A stretch of DNA of 64,000 nt from Octopus vulgaris (lineage: Eukaryota), in assembly GCA_951406725.2 (NCBI GenBank), contig OX597815.1:196478001-196542000 (forward strand). Direction: 5' to 3'. The translations under genes and the position numbers were made by a program. The notes beneath the pieces were generated by a model, which did no database searches, had not been told where the DNA came from, and worked only from the letters and a program-made list of their open reading frames with translations. This document shows, piece by piece, positions 12,539 through 26,612 of this stretch. Each line of letters begins with the position of its first letter. The stretch's first letter is position 1.

Positions 12539-13045
12539 GAGCAAAACGTCCCCACCCCGTCCAATGAACGGTGCTGAGTTGTCAAACATTTAAACCAAAT
12601 TTTCTCAAAACAGCTTGTCCGACCGTCCCATAGGTCTCCCCTTTGAGAAACACTTATTTAACCTAAATTTGAGGCGCGATTTCTTTCACACAAATATGCA
12701 ACTGAAGAGTTTAAAGTACCAGTAATGATAAGGTCGTTGACTAGGAGAACACAAACATGGTTTAAACAGTAAGCTTGGCAGCAAAGAAACGTGCCTTTAA
12801 GCAGTACAAAAACAACAAAAAATGGAGGATGCAGTTTGTACAGGTTGGCGGAAGAAAAGCAGGTCAAAAACGGCTTTATCGATCGCATTCTCACCTGGAA
12901 TCGATTTTGTATTTTTTTTCAATACTTATACACGCCCTGATAGCGTCGGTATCTACATATCAAATTTGAGCGCAATCGGATGGAGGATGCCCGAGATCCT
13001 AGAAGACACACACACAGACAGACGGAACGGATTTTATATAATAGA
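12538..13045 (-). mobile_element. Non-autonomous Helitron (Lep1-like architecture)
   Basis: Minus strand begins TCTATTATATAAAA, has a GTCT microsatellite and the aaatttgagcgcaatcgg motif; 3' end CTCG (degenerate CTAG) after a hairpin. Confidence 0.65.
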
Positions 13046-14609
13046 TACGCGCGCGCATACGTATGTGCGTGCATGAGTGCGTGTCTAAAGGAAAATAACC
13101 ATTGGACGCTTGTGTTAGTCGAGTATGAGTTTGCGTAGCAACGGGATAACGCATCTCTAAACTTTCAAAATAATTTCTTTTTTTCTATTGAATACTTTGC
13201 GAATATTGCTTTATTTGAAGATTTTTTTTCTGAAATAAAAAGGTTATTTACAACATTCAATATTCTCCAAAGTGTGTTGCAAATGAAATCGAATGCCTGT
13301 GTATATTAATTCTTTAAGTTTTTTTCTTTTCATTTTTCAATCGAACAGAATATTCTTCATTTTGTAGAAATACCGATAATTTAAAAAATTTATTTTTGAT
13401 GTCCATCGATTTTATTACAAAGCACTACCATATTTCGTGACATCTTCCATTACTTTGATTTTTAAACGTCAATCTAATATTTAGATTGTCAGCGCAAATC
13501 TCAGCTAGTCTTATAGCTGTCTCACCATGCATATGATTTCAGATCACATATGAAAAGCGAAACGTGGTAAAGTGTAGCTATAGTGAGTGCTCGGTAACAG
13601 TCTTATAAATTTAGAGTCAAATGTGTGTATTGATTTTACACAATCACTTTTTATAGAATAATAAATATAAGCTAGGTACACGACTTGGGCCATATGAGGA
13701 TTTGTAAATAAATGGGTGTATATTATTTAACATTTTACGACATTTTCTTCTCGTAATCTCGTGTTCCTATGCTTCTCTGTTTCATTTGTTTGATTAACAT
13801 TGATGGTATTTTTTTAATGAAATTGTACGACATTGCTGATAAAACAATGTATGTTTTTTCAGCAGCTGTAAATTTCCAACAGTTTTTGTTCTGTTGTAAT
13901 CCAAGTCATAGTCTGAAGACTAACATGAGAAATTATTGCTGTCATTAAGTTGCAGTGTTTCGTTTCAGCCTTAAAGACGAGAATATTTTACAGGAACGAA
14001 TATCTTCCCCACAGTCTTTCAAAATGTTAGATAAAACCGATAAATTCGTCCACGAATTATGTTAGGTGTCGACTGTCCTAACAAATGAAATCTTCCTTTG
14101 TACATTGTAGTACAAAATACTCAATGCTAATACATTGATATTATATAAGGCGGCGAGCTGGCAGAATGCTGCGGTTAATTTGTCATTTCGAGAATTTGGT
14201 TAGTAATTGTAATTATTATTTATTGTTATTTTTGCCATTTATTGTTAAATTTTAAACTTTTGTTATTGTTCTACGTTCTGTTGTAACAGATATAGTGGAC
14301 TGTTGTTCCCCTCCACAAAGAGGGGAAAATAATTTCTGAAATAATTTTTGGAAAAAATATTTTGGGGAAATATTTATTTTTGTGAAATTAAATAAGAAGA
14401 CAAGTCTTCTAACCCTGACCAAGCTAACCAAAGAACAACTGCAAAACAAGATAAAATGAACGAAAATGTGAACAAAAGCCACATAAATGCAGTAAACGGA
14501 AAAAGGAACCAAGAAGGTAAATGAATGCCGAAAACTATAGAATGAATAACGGAAAAGTAAACCCAACAGAAGACAACAAAAGCAAGATTAATTTTGCCAC
14601 AGAGACTGG

Positions 14610-16018
14610 TGTTAAACTAGCACCTCGAAGCCAAACACATGGGTTGTATTGTCAGGGCTAGACAACGTGAAATGGGCTGCGAGGGAATCAATGCTGCGAA
14701 ATGGACTCGAGTGGTGGAAGCCCAATGTGACAATGATGCCAGAATTCGATCTTTGACGAACCAGACAAGGTAAGTTAATACACGAACCCAAGGAGATGTG
14801 TGAGGTCTTTCAGGACCACTTCGCTCAGCTTTTCGCTGGGGACGGTGGGCCGGAGCGTAGCAAGGACACAACGGACCTCCTCACTGGGCTGCTGCGCATC
14901 TCGGGGCAGGATGCGAGATGTAGTGAGGTGCCGATCACGCCTGGGGAGGTATAAGAGAGACCATAGCAGACTGCGGAGCGCGTAAGGTGCCAGGGCTGGA
15001 TGGTCTACTCTACGAGCCATATTACAGTATGCCAGACTTGTTCGGGCACTTGTTGGCGAGTGTCTACGCGAAATGACAACAGAATAGGCTCATCCCCAGA
15101 TCTGTACGGCAAGGAGTGGAAACACTCGCCAGAAAGGACACGAACAAGGGGGATGTCAGTGATAATTTTAGGCCCATCATTCTGCTCAATGCAGAGCTGA
15201 AGATTTTGGCCAAAGTGTTAACGAAAAGATTAGCGCGTGTTGCGGATGGGCTAATCGGGGGAGCACATATATGTGCCATCCCCGGCAAATCCACTCAGGA
15301 TTATCTCCCATCTTATTCGATGCACTATAGAGGGTATTAATAACGATTCCGGCAAGGCAGAGGAAGTAGTCCTTTTAGACCAATCAAAAGCTTTTGATAG
15401 GGTTAACCATCACTACCTGGTGTCAATTCTGGCACAGTTCGGCTAGGATCTTGGCTTCCACAGGTGGATCATTCAAATGTATGACAACATTGACTCGGTA
15501 GTTCGAGTGAACGGCTTTCTTTCTAAGCCGTTCCACGTTAAATGCTCGGTTCGTCAAGGATGTCCACTCTCTCCGCTTTTTTATGTGATGGCTCTTGTGC
15601 CATTGCTGCATTCCGAGACAGCCAGCTTGTGAGATGTCGGTTTCAGCCTACGCGGATGACACCACAATCATCGTGACCAATGGCTCATCTACAGAGGGTA
15701 GGCAAGGCAATTGAGGAATAGGAGACGGTGGCAGGAGCAAAAGTTAATCGTGAAAAATCAGTCGACTTGCAGCTTGGCACCTGGAGAGGCAAGTCGATAC
15801 AGCATCCGATGAAGTTGCTAGGAGTTTGGTTCTGACCAGACCTCGAAATAGAGAAGAATTGGGCCGAGGTATCGAGCAAGGTGACCCACATTGACAAGAA
15901 CTGGTCTTGGCGGTGACTATACTTGAAAGAGAGAGAGAGAAGAGGTGACCAATGTGTTAATCGCATCGGTCATCACATACCACCTAACCGTCGTGCCTTG
16001 TCCTGATTCGTGTTTGAT
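14610..16018 (+). mobile_element. L1/Tx1-clade LINE ORF2 (RT) internal fragment, degenerate
   Basis: KVPGLDGL, NFRPIILLNAELKILAKVL, DQSKAFDRV, SVRQGCPLSP and SAYADD motifs across frameshifts. Confidence 0.9.
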
Positions 16019-16185
16019 CGGCATTTCGTCTGCCGTTACGTTCTGGCTTCATCTTTTCATCGTTTCGAGACCGATTAAATAAGTACCCGTTACGCACTGG
16101 GATCGATGTAATCGACTTAATCCCTTTGTCTCTCCTTGTTTGTCCACTCTATGTTTAGTCAGCTGTGGGCAATAATGAAATAAAT
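16019..16185 (+). mobile_element. SINE family B body and tail (matching head at 14148-14170)
   Basis: gcatttcgtctgccgttacgttc...tgtgggcaataatgaaata. Confidence 0.8.
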
Positions 16186-16200
16186 GTTATATGTTTATAT

Positions 16201-16321
16201 AAGGCGACGAGCTGGCAGAAACGCTAGCACGTCGGGCGAGATGCGTAGTTGCGTACTGATGTCGATCTAATCGACTGGTCCCCTCCCCAAAATTTCGGGC
16301 ATTTTGCCTAGAGTAGAAAAG
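16201..16321 (+). mobile_element. SINE family B, internally deleted, alternative tail
   Basis: Head joined to gtcgatctaatcgactggtcccctccccaaaatt. Confidence 0.75.
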
Positions 16322-16333
16322 TGTATTATATGC

Positions 16334-16555
16334 TCTACTCTTTACTCTTTTACTTGTTTCTGTCTTTTGACTGCGGCCATGCTGGAGCACCGCCTTTAAT
16401 CGAGCAACTCGACCCCGGGACTTATTCTTTTGTAAGCCTAGTACTTATTCTATCGGTCTCTTTTGCCGAACCGCTAAGTAACGGGGACATAAACACACCA
16501 GCATCGGTTGTCAAGCAATGCTAGGGGGACAAACACAGACACGCAAACACACACA

Positions 16556-16602
<47 letters not shown>

Positions 16603-16764
16603 GACGGGCTTCTTTCAGTTTCCGTCTACCAAATCCACTCACAAGGCATTGATCGGCCCGATGCTATAGTAGAAGACATTTGCCCAAGGTGCCACGCAGT
16701 GGGACTGAACCCGGAACCATGTGATTGGTAAACAAGCTACTTACCACACAGCCACTCCTGCGCC
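16334..16764 (-). mobile_element. SINE family A, full length
   Basis: High similarity to 52438-52822 and 61289-61700. Confidence 0.92.
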
Positions 16765-17593
16765 TATATGTTGATATTATATGATATATATTAATATTGG
16801 AAAGATCTTATATTTAGTACTCCATAGTTATGAAACAATACTGCGTATACGATATAAAATATTTGATCAGCTACAAGCGATTTGAGATTTTGTCATACCA
16901 TTATGGCCATTTTTATATCTCTACGAAACAATCCAGTGTTATAAAATCTATTTAAGATTAGCGTATTTCACATTTCACTGAAGCTTTCATTGCTTACGAT
17001 ATGAAAATGAAAATTAATTTCGTTCATATTATTTGTGGCATTTGTTTCGAGGCTGAGGCAGTAGAGTAGACCTATGAGCGAAGAGTGATATCCCAGCAGT
17101 CACTTTAGTGATTGCTATTTTAAAATTAGTATCATACTGGGCTATATAAGAGAATGCAAACTTCCTTTAAAAAGTAAAGATGTAGTGTGATTTGAGGAAA
17201 AATTTGTTGATATTGCTAATTGGCAGAGCAACACAAATGAAATTCCATGATGTCCATTGTGCCAACATGTACTATTATAAAAACACAGCACAGCGCTTTA
17301 GAGAATAATTAGAATGTCTGACCAGCTGCCTTCCGATATTTAGTTTTATTCTTACATTCTGAAGTCGCATCTCTACGAAATTCTTTCTTTTTTATACCTA
17401 TGTTCCTTTTCATACTGATCAAGCGAATAAAATAACGGTCAGTTATATATTAAGGTGAAGGAAAAATACTAAATAACATTTGCTATAGTTCCATGTAGTC
17501 AGGTCGTAACATCATGAGAAAAACCACAAATGTTTTATATATTATATATATATATATATCCATTCCTCAAAACATATTATATATATATATATA

Positions 17594-20019
17594 CGAGGTC
17601 TGGTCAATAAGTATTCGGACTATGCCATAGTAACGAAGCTAAAGCAGCAAGAGTGAAATCGCCTGGCACAGATTGACCGTGGACTCTGCTGTGCCTTTGC
17701 ACTATGTTTTAACGTTCAGGTTTAATTCCGTTGTTTACAGCAGTACTTGGAAGGAACATGTGTATCCTATGATCGTCGCAATGACCATGACAGAGAAGGT
17801 TATCATGGCGATAACTGCTCAGATGCCTTTGCTAAACTTGACGAAAGTGTATGGAGAGGAGACTATGAGCCGCACACAAGTGTACGAGTGGTTCAGACAT
17901 TTTCAAGATGGCCGAAAAAAGTCGATATTCACAAACGTTGTGGAAGACCAACAGAGCATCCGAGAAAATCCTCCAAATGTAGGAACTGGGAGGAAATGGA
18001 ATGCGGAAGAGGCAGTAAGTAGGGCAATCGGAAAGCTAAGGCACGCTGACATAGTCGGAGCGACACAAGAAGCAATAACTCATCTTGGGTTTTACAATTT
18101 CCGGCCATTTTGTAAGAGCAGTGTAAAAGAGATGAAAGAGGCAGTGGTAAACGAAGCGCGAAAGGAGAAATGTACGTTTGATGCGATATAATCAACAAGG
18201 ACAGTGCTTGGGATTGGAGGGATATGTAGACAGTCGCAGGATCTCATGGAAGGAATTTGAGCTTGGGAAGAAGCAAGAAATCCTTCACGTCTATCTTGGA
18301 CGTTTTACCCTCAGCGGTGAATTTAGTCCGGTAGAACATACAAATAAGACGGAAGAATGTAGATGCAGAGAGAAAGCGACGGTGAGACATGTTCTGTCAA
18401 ACTGTAGGCTAGCACAAGTCATGGTGTCACAATCAAGTCATCGGAGCCATAAGCGCAGCTGTCAAGGAGACGATCGAGGGATATAATAGGGGAGAGTGCC
18501 TAAAAGTGGAAAAGCGCAGAAAAATATACTTCTAGAAGGATGGAAAAAATTCATAAGGCCAGGCTTTCAAATAAACTATACGTGACAGATGAAAAATGGA
18601 AGCGGTACCGGGAGCTGGCCACGGATTTGGAAAGACTGTTTATATTTCCACTCATAAAAACGACAAAGACCAGAGTTAATCATATGGAACACAGAACGGA
18701 GAATAGGGATTTTGCTACAGCTGATAGTGCCATGGGCAACGGAAGAAGAGGTACAAAAAATTAATCGAAGAGTGCAGAGAACAGGGATGGGATGGAGTAT
18801 TACCACCTGGCAGTGGGGTCTAGATGCTTCATTGATAGGAAAATGACAACGTTATTCAAAAGCTCAGAGCTGAAAAAGTAATAAGAAATATTCAGGAGGC
18901 AGTCGAAAAAGACAGTTTGTATATATGTGGCTGAAGCGAGAAGGCCAAAAACGGCTTATAACATCGCTAGGTGAGACTGGCTGACACTTAAGCAGCATTG
19001 GTGATTGACAGGTAGCGGTCTCGTTCATGGCACCTCTTCCTCTTGTTTCGAAGGCTTGTACCACCAAATAGCTGGTCGGCTTGGCTGCTGGAAGTGAAAC
19101 TAACAAGACGCTGTTGAAAACCAGGCTTTAGAGAGGGCGCGGACTAAGATTACATCCCCAACACCCCGGTCAGTTGAAGTTTAGACAGTGCCACGTGACA
19201 ACTAGCTGGTGCTGGCTGCTGAAGACTTCCAGCGAGTATTTAAAGGGAAATTTAGCAGGATGGTCAGTCGCCCGTTGCGTCGAAGAGGTCAGGGAACAGA
19301 GGAAAGAAGGAGAAAGAAGAAATGCACTCAACAACAGAGCTGAAGACACCTCTGAAAGTGGGGGCCTCACTAGGTCAAAAACGGTAGAGCAGTAGGGGTT
19401 GAAATCGGACGTGGTTCCTCATGAGGATGTCTTTAGCCACTGGATACAATAAAAGAGCTGTTGAGGTAGCAAACCACGAAACGCGGTTGGAGTTCCAGAA
19501 CTGAAAAAATACGTTACAGATGTGCGTGCAGTTTTCAGGGTAAATCGCCGAATCACCATCCGTGAGTTCTCAGAAGATTTGCAAATTTCTTACGGTTCAG
19601 TTCAATTCATTATCAATGGAAATTTGGGTACGAGACGCAAGTCTTCCAAGTTTGTGCCAATACTGCTTTATGCTGACCAAAATGTCACTCGGGTTTCAGT
19701 TGCACAAGATCTCATTGATTGTGTCGAGAACGAGGAAAACTCTTGAACACTTTGCGTAGGCCTCTGAGCAGTTATCGCCAAGATTTTGGCAAAATTCGAT
19801 GAAGATTCTCTGCTCAACTTCCTTTGTCATGTTCAATGCGGCGATCACATGCTACACACGTTCCTTCCAAGCATTGCTATAAACAGCGGAAGTGAGCTAG
19901 AACGTTTAACTTTACTGCACATGCACAACTGAATTGGAGGTCAATCTGAGCTAAGCCGCTTCAATCTGATTGCTTTAGCTTCGTTACTATAGCAACAAAT
20001 CCGATACTTATTGATCAAA
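17594..20019 (+). mobile_element. Mariner derivative with ~250-bp inverted ends, interrupted by a LINE
   Basis: TA+CGAGGTCTGGTCAATAAG TIR; transposase HTH (VYGEETMSRTQVYEWF...GRP / NRRITIRE...KFVP); 19745-20019 is an inverted copy of 17594-17850. Confidence 0.88.
17954..19492 (+). mobile_element. HERO-like RLE non-LTR retrotransposon, 3' part, degenerate
   Basis: GRKWNAEEAV...LRHADIVG, C..C...HVLSNC knuckle and LQLIVPW-type RLE motifs; long downstream non-coding part. Confidence 0.75.
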
Positions 20020-20093
20020 TATATATTTATATATATATATATATATATATATTACCCACACACACATACATTCATACCTACATACACACATAC

Positions 20094-20163
<70 letters not shown>

Positions 20164-20165
<2 letters not shown>

Positions 20166-22105
20166 CCAGCGCTTTCTACAAGTTTGCCAAAGAAACAGCT
20201 ACGGTGCACTGCAGGATAGGGCCACTCCTTGAAAAACATGGTACACTCACAGGAAAACTAATGAGGATAAGTGAAATACTAAATGAGCAATTCAAAAGTA
20301 TTTTCACTTCACCCATAGGGCACTTTCAAGTCAGCAATCCAACTGACTTCTTTACCACTGCAGATATGAAATCAGAGTCAATGATGATTGATCACATCAA
20401 TATAAAGGAAGACGATGTAATAAAGGCTATAGATGAAATGAACACAAACTCAGCTACTGGCCCCGATGGATTCCCAGCAATCCTTCTAAAAGTATGTAAG
20501 CGAGTCCTAACAAGACCACTGCAGCTCCTCTTCCAGAGCTTCCTTGCAACTGGCAAACTTCCAAGAAAACTGAAGGAGGGTAAAATATGCCCTATTCATA
20601 AAGGAGGTGGCAGAGCGGAGGCCAAGAACTACAGACCTATCTCTCTGACCTCACACATCAGCAAGGTCATGGAACGAATAGTCAGAAGGAAACTAATCAC
20701 CACCCTTGAAGAAAATGACTTGCTGCCTGACACCCAACATGGTTTCCGACCAGGAAGAAGCTACCTAACTCAGCTCCTTCAACACTATAACTGGGTGCTG
20801 AAACGACTGCTCAACCACTCAAATGTTGAAGTGATATATCTCGACTTTGAAAAGGCCAGTGATAAAGTCGATCATGGAATGATATGTCACAAACTGCGTG
20901 ATCTTGGCATAGTTGGAAAATTGGGAGAATGGCTTCATGACTTTCTGAAGGATAGAAGTCAGGTGGTAGTAGCCAAAGGGGCCACCTCTAATAACACGTA
21001 AATAGTGAGTGGTGTTCCACAAGGCACTGTTTTGGGACCACTGCTGTTCATAATGGCCCTCTCAGACATGCCCTCAGCCACGCAGAGAGCCACCATCACA
21101 AGTTATGCAGATGATACAAAAGTTTCACAGGTAATACAGAACCCTAAAGACACTAAGCACCTGCAATGTGACCTGGACAAAATATACAAGCAGGCTGAAA
21201 AGAATAGCATGCAGTTCAATGCTGAAAAGTTTCAAGCTTTATGCTATCAACATGCAAAACTAAATGCAATACCCAATAAATACACTGGACCTGGAGGGAT
21301 TAAAATCCCAGAGGCACAATCAATGCGAGACCTGGGTATTTACAGGAGTAATGATGCAACCTTTCATGTGCATGTTGCTAAATTGGCAATGAAATGTAGG
21401 CGGCTGACCGGATGGATTCTTAGATCTTTTAGAACAAGAGACCAGGAAGCCATGATGCTCCTCTGGAGGACACTTGTCCTAAGCCACTTTGACTATTGCT
21501 CTCAGCTATGGTCACCAACCAGTGTCAAATTAATCACAGAACTTCAGACAATCCAACGACGCTACACGAAGAAGATAGCCTCTATGCAGCATATAAGCTA
21601 TTGGGAAAGACTCAAGAGATTAAGACTCTATTCCTTAGAGCGTAGGCGACAAAGACATGCCATAATGTACATCTGGAAGATCCTGGAAGGACTTGTCCCA
21701 AACTTTGGCATCGAGAGTTACACAAATACTAGAACTGGGCGCCACTGCATAGTGCCAAGGACTCCAAATTTGCCATCAAAATGTAGGACAAGATACTGCG
21801 ATAGCCTGGGCTTGGAAGGTCCACAGCTCTTCAATATCCTCCCAAAGGACTTGAGAGACAAGCTTAGGACGGATGCGGATGTCTTTAAAATAAAGCTGGA
21901 CCTCTTCTTGTCAGGTGTCCCAGATGAACCAACTTCACGGCAGGAGGTGCAGATGAGGGCAGCTGCATCAAACTCTCTCATGCACCAAATGTCAATTGCT
22001 AAAAAGCATTCGTGAAGAAAAATCATGTAGCAGCACCGAATGGCGGTGCCCCAGCATGGCCACAGCTCGTGAGCTGAAACTAGATGAAAATGAAAAAAAA
22101 TGAAA
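20164..22105 (+). mobile_element. CR1/L2-group LINE, 5'-truncated, RT region with one in-frame stop
   Basis: ORFs 20204-21001 and 21005-22015 share a frame; GPDG, NYRPISLTS, QHGFRPG, GVPQGTVLGPLLF, YADDTK, YSLERRR; short 3' UTR and tgaaaa tail; flanked by (TA)n. Confidence 0.95.
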
Positions 22106-22144
22106 TATATATATGTGTATGTATGTATATATGTGTGCGTGTGT

Positions 22145-22189
<45 letters not shown>

Positions 22190-22199
22190 GTAACATACA

Positions 22200-22243
<44 letters not shown>

Positions 22244-23339
22244 TGCTGTGTGTGTGTTTTATAATTTAGAATGATAGAAAGTATAGAGGACGGGTTATAG
22301 TGATAGATATTAAGGATGAGAGGATGAAGAAGGAGAGTGAGTGATAGGACAGTGGACGAAGTGTAGTTTATCATAAGGTACCACCAACTTTTGCCACAAT
22401 CCTAAACACTGTACAATTAAGAGTCCAAGAAAATGTTGGTAGTCAGTTGTCGTGGAAACTCATCAATCATACAAGACCGAAAAGAAATAAGAGTAAAGTG
22501 ATACTATCAGGGTATGAAAATAAGCATTCTAAAGTGTATCTATCACGACATATATAAATCATCTGAAGAGGTGGGAGGAAGGTATTACCGCCATCTTGTA
22601 ACAGAGGTACAAGGTAGCGAAAATAGCCATTGGTTGTATTCAAAGTGTGGTGAAATATGAAGCTTAGAGAAAAATGATTGTTAAGGACGAAGAGTGATGA
22701 ATGGTTAAGGAGCAGAGAGGTGAACAAGAAGGCTTAAGTTATTCGGGTGGAGCATAATGATTTATTATAATATGAAAAACTTTTGTAATAACGAACCAAG
22801 CAGGAAATAATTAGATCAGAGAACCGATTAAGGGGGAAACCTTCATTCTCGCTGAATATTTCGAGCGATACGAGGCAAAATAAATTACATGGCAGATGAA
22901 AACCCATATGCGGTACTCTAGAATTGATTGTATAGTAGGAAAATATTCTAAGGGATATCTCATTGTTGAAGTGGAGGATGTTGGTGACCAGATAGCTAGT
23001 TCCTTTACGAATAATATTCGAAAAAGTGTTCAGATGGGCAGAGATTTATTGCTTATTTTTAGTCTTTGATCCAATGTAAATTAAGGTGTGGGCATGTTTT
23101 GTGATAACTATTTATCCATACACAGAATTATAATGCAGACTGTTATTAGATACTCTTCAGTCACTCTTCCCCTTACCCCAGGTTTCGCGTACTCACTATT
23201 ACAAGTGGTTGACTACATAAACCCAAGAAGTCTTCTGTGCATCCATCTTTGTAGAAATTGTAAGATAAATGTAGTTTTCAAGCAGCAAGTCACAGTTATG
23301 CTGGCGCAATGGACCACTCCTTGTTACATGTAAACGCCA

Positions 23340-23612
23340 ATACTCACCTGGCAGGCAAACATTTCCTGCCGCGTATCCTTAGTGGATGTAAGCACACCAG
23401 CATCAGTTGCCAGGCAATGTTGGGGGAGGGACAAAAAAACAGACACAAACAAATAAACACACGCATACGCATATGTATACATATATGTGACGGGCTTCTT
23501 TCAGTTTCCGTTTATCAAATCCCCTCACAAGACTTTGATCTGCCTTCTATAGTAGAAGACACTAGCCCAAGGTGCCACGCAGTGGGACTGAACCCAGAAC
23601 CATGTGGTTGCT
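23340..23612 (-). mobile_element. SINE family A partial copy
   Basis: gacgggcttctttcagtttccg and caaggtgccacgcagtgggactgaacc. Confidence 0.8.
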
Positions 23613-24774
23613 AAAACTTTCATTAGGGCAGAGTTAAATGATGTCGAATGAGATTCACATTCACAGAATTGTGACCCATTGAGTGTAAGGTCTGGAAAAA
23701 GTTTTTCCAGACTTTCGCTATTCAATGAAGGACAGCGAATCAAATCTTTTATTGTCGATCTATTGACTGGTACTATCTATGATTATGACGATATTAAACA
23801 CACACAAATGCAGCGTGTATATATGCCTATATTGCAAGCATGTCCGTAAATACACGAGTGTATTTGCAGATGACATCTTGTCATTAAAGATAGATACGTA
23901 TTTCTAGAACATTCATTCCAAATATAAAACTAAAATATCAGACGTTTTGTTATTAATTAAATGATTAGTTGACACCATAATTTATATAGATAGCTTTAAA
24001 ATATGATTTCGTTTCCATTGTTTCAAAATGCATTTAAGCAAATATAGATTAATGTAATTACATAATGATAGAAATTAATAAATATCGAATAAATTATTTA
24101 AGAAAGGCAGAAAGAGAAACGAGAAAGAAAAAAATATTAGAAAATTGCAGCAATTTAATTTCAAACCCATTGCAGTAGTTGGGTTTGTTCTAACTATTCT
24201 TTTCTGAAAATCAAGAATTACATTGTAGACAATAAGAAGTAAAGAAAAAAAGAAATATACTAATATATAAATCAAAAATAAATGTAATGAAAAATATCAA
24301 TTTAAAAACAGAAAACTATACAGCATAAAAAAAGAAAATGTAATTCTAGAGAAGAAAAAGAATCTCATCGATTTTGAAGTTGAGAGCAATACTTGCATAC
24401 ATTGTGGGAAAATGAGTTTCTCATGCCTTGTAGATGTATTGATTACAACATTTCAATTAAAGAGAAGAGAATATAATTTTCTAGCTTAAGTCCCATTAAC
24501 GTTTCAATGTGTGATTCTGCCGGAATCACATCGTATAATTTGTAAGCTACAATAAAAGATTTAAAGTCGGTTAATCAAAGAATAAACCGTTCTCAAAAGC
24601 CAAATTAAAGAAAACAACGAAATAAGACCAGTAAATATAATAAAAACGCAAAGTAGAGGGAAAAAAAGATTTCAAAATGTCTTAAGACTTTGATATATTA
24701 TACAAAAGAAGATTTTTCAACAATAAAGCAGACGTATGGGGGCGGGATAGGACAGGAGAATTTAATTTATATAA

Positions 24775-25276
<502 letters not shown>

Positions 25277-26276
25277 TACTTGCGTGTATGCATTCAATAA
25301 TGCATGATCGAATGTCGGTATGATTTGTGTATGGGTATAATATAATAGGGAGATAGATATATTAGGACTAAGTGATGAATGAATTCCTATTTTGCTCTTT
25401 GATTTCATTAAATCAAACAAAACAATACCATCTTCGGCTTTTGTGTTCATCATTTCTTTTTATTTTCCTGTTTGTATTTTTTAGAGATGCACGAGTTGTA
25501 AAGATTACAAAGTAGAGCAATATGAAGGAAAAAAATATCATAAAATCTCAAAATACTTCACGAAATTATAGTAATTATTTTTTTGTTTTGTCTGTTTTAG
25601 TTTAATCTGAGTACTACTAAACTAAGGCCTGTACGTCTAAACTAGGAAGAATAAATAGATCATACTTTTAATCAATTGGTCTAAACAGAGAACGGTGGAT
25701 TTGTATGACCGTCAGCGAACCGAACAAAATTCATTCCTTTGTTACCGCCATTTTGTTGTAATACCCATATTGTTATTACCTCCCTTTCTGCTATGAGTTC
25801 GAATCAAACCATAGTCAAAATTTGTTGTTTCGATAATAATGAAAAAAAGAACGCGTTTCAATCAGGTTCTGGTCTTGATTTCCTTGATTATACTCACTCG
25901 AAGAACGTGTGGCATTGTTCCAATATTACAAATCAATATATGTTTCTACTGATTTGGCAGAGGAATTTCTAAATTTCAGGCGTGACATGGTGATCTCTTT
26001 TAAACGTATCAATCACAAAAACTCTTTCCTTGGTGGGGGATAATGGTAAATCTTGTAAGTGAGGAATGTATGAGAGTTTATTAATACAGGTAGCTTCATG
26101 ACTGTTTGTTATTGGCGGTGATGTTTCGCCCAAACCCATTTCTCGATTAAGGAAATATATGATTAAAACCCTTTCAGCCATTTCTACTCGCACACTCGCG
26201 CATACGTATACATACAAACACGCATGCGCGCGCGCTCGCACACACAGACAGACAGACACATATATGTATGTGAGTG

Positions 26277-26612
26277 AAGGTGCATGGCTCAGTGGTTAGA
26301 GCGTCGAGCTTACGATCGTGAGGTTGTGAGTTTGAATCCCGGACCGGGCTGCGTATTGTCTTCTTGAGCAAGACACTTTATGTCACGTTGCTCCTGTTCA
26401 CTCAGCTGTAGAAATAAGTAACGACGTCACTGGTGCCAAGCTGTTTCGTCCCTTTTGTCTTTCCCTTGGATAACATTAGTGTCGTGGAGAGGGGAGGCCG
26501 GTATGTATGGGCAAATGCTGTTCTTCCATAAATAACCTTGCCCAGAGCTATGCCTCGGAGGGTAACTTTCTAGGTGCAATCCCATGATCATTCGTGGGCA
26601 AAAGAGGGTCTC
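26277..26612 (+). mobile_element. SINE family F, near full length (CORE-like central motif)
   Basis: tRNA head, then cttgagcaagacactttat and cactcagctgtagaaat. Confidence 0.85.

Noticed and set aside
19457-19490. Hammerhead-like CTGTTGA...GAAACGCG at the HERO-like 3' end
   Set aside because: Stem II and stem I do not close properly and there is no correctly placed UH
20204-22015. Active LINE or programmed stop readthrough
   Set aside because: 5'-truncated with no ORF1 or endonuclease; a single nonsense mutation is the simpler explanation
22260-23070. Possible old LINE remnant on the minus strand
   Set aside because: Only one weak motif (SILEY); not enough to annotate
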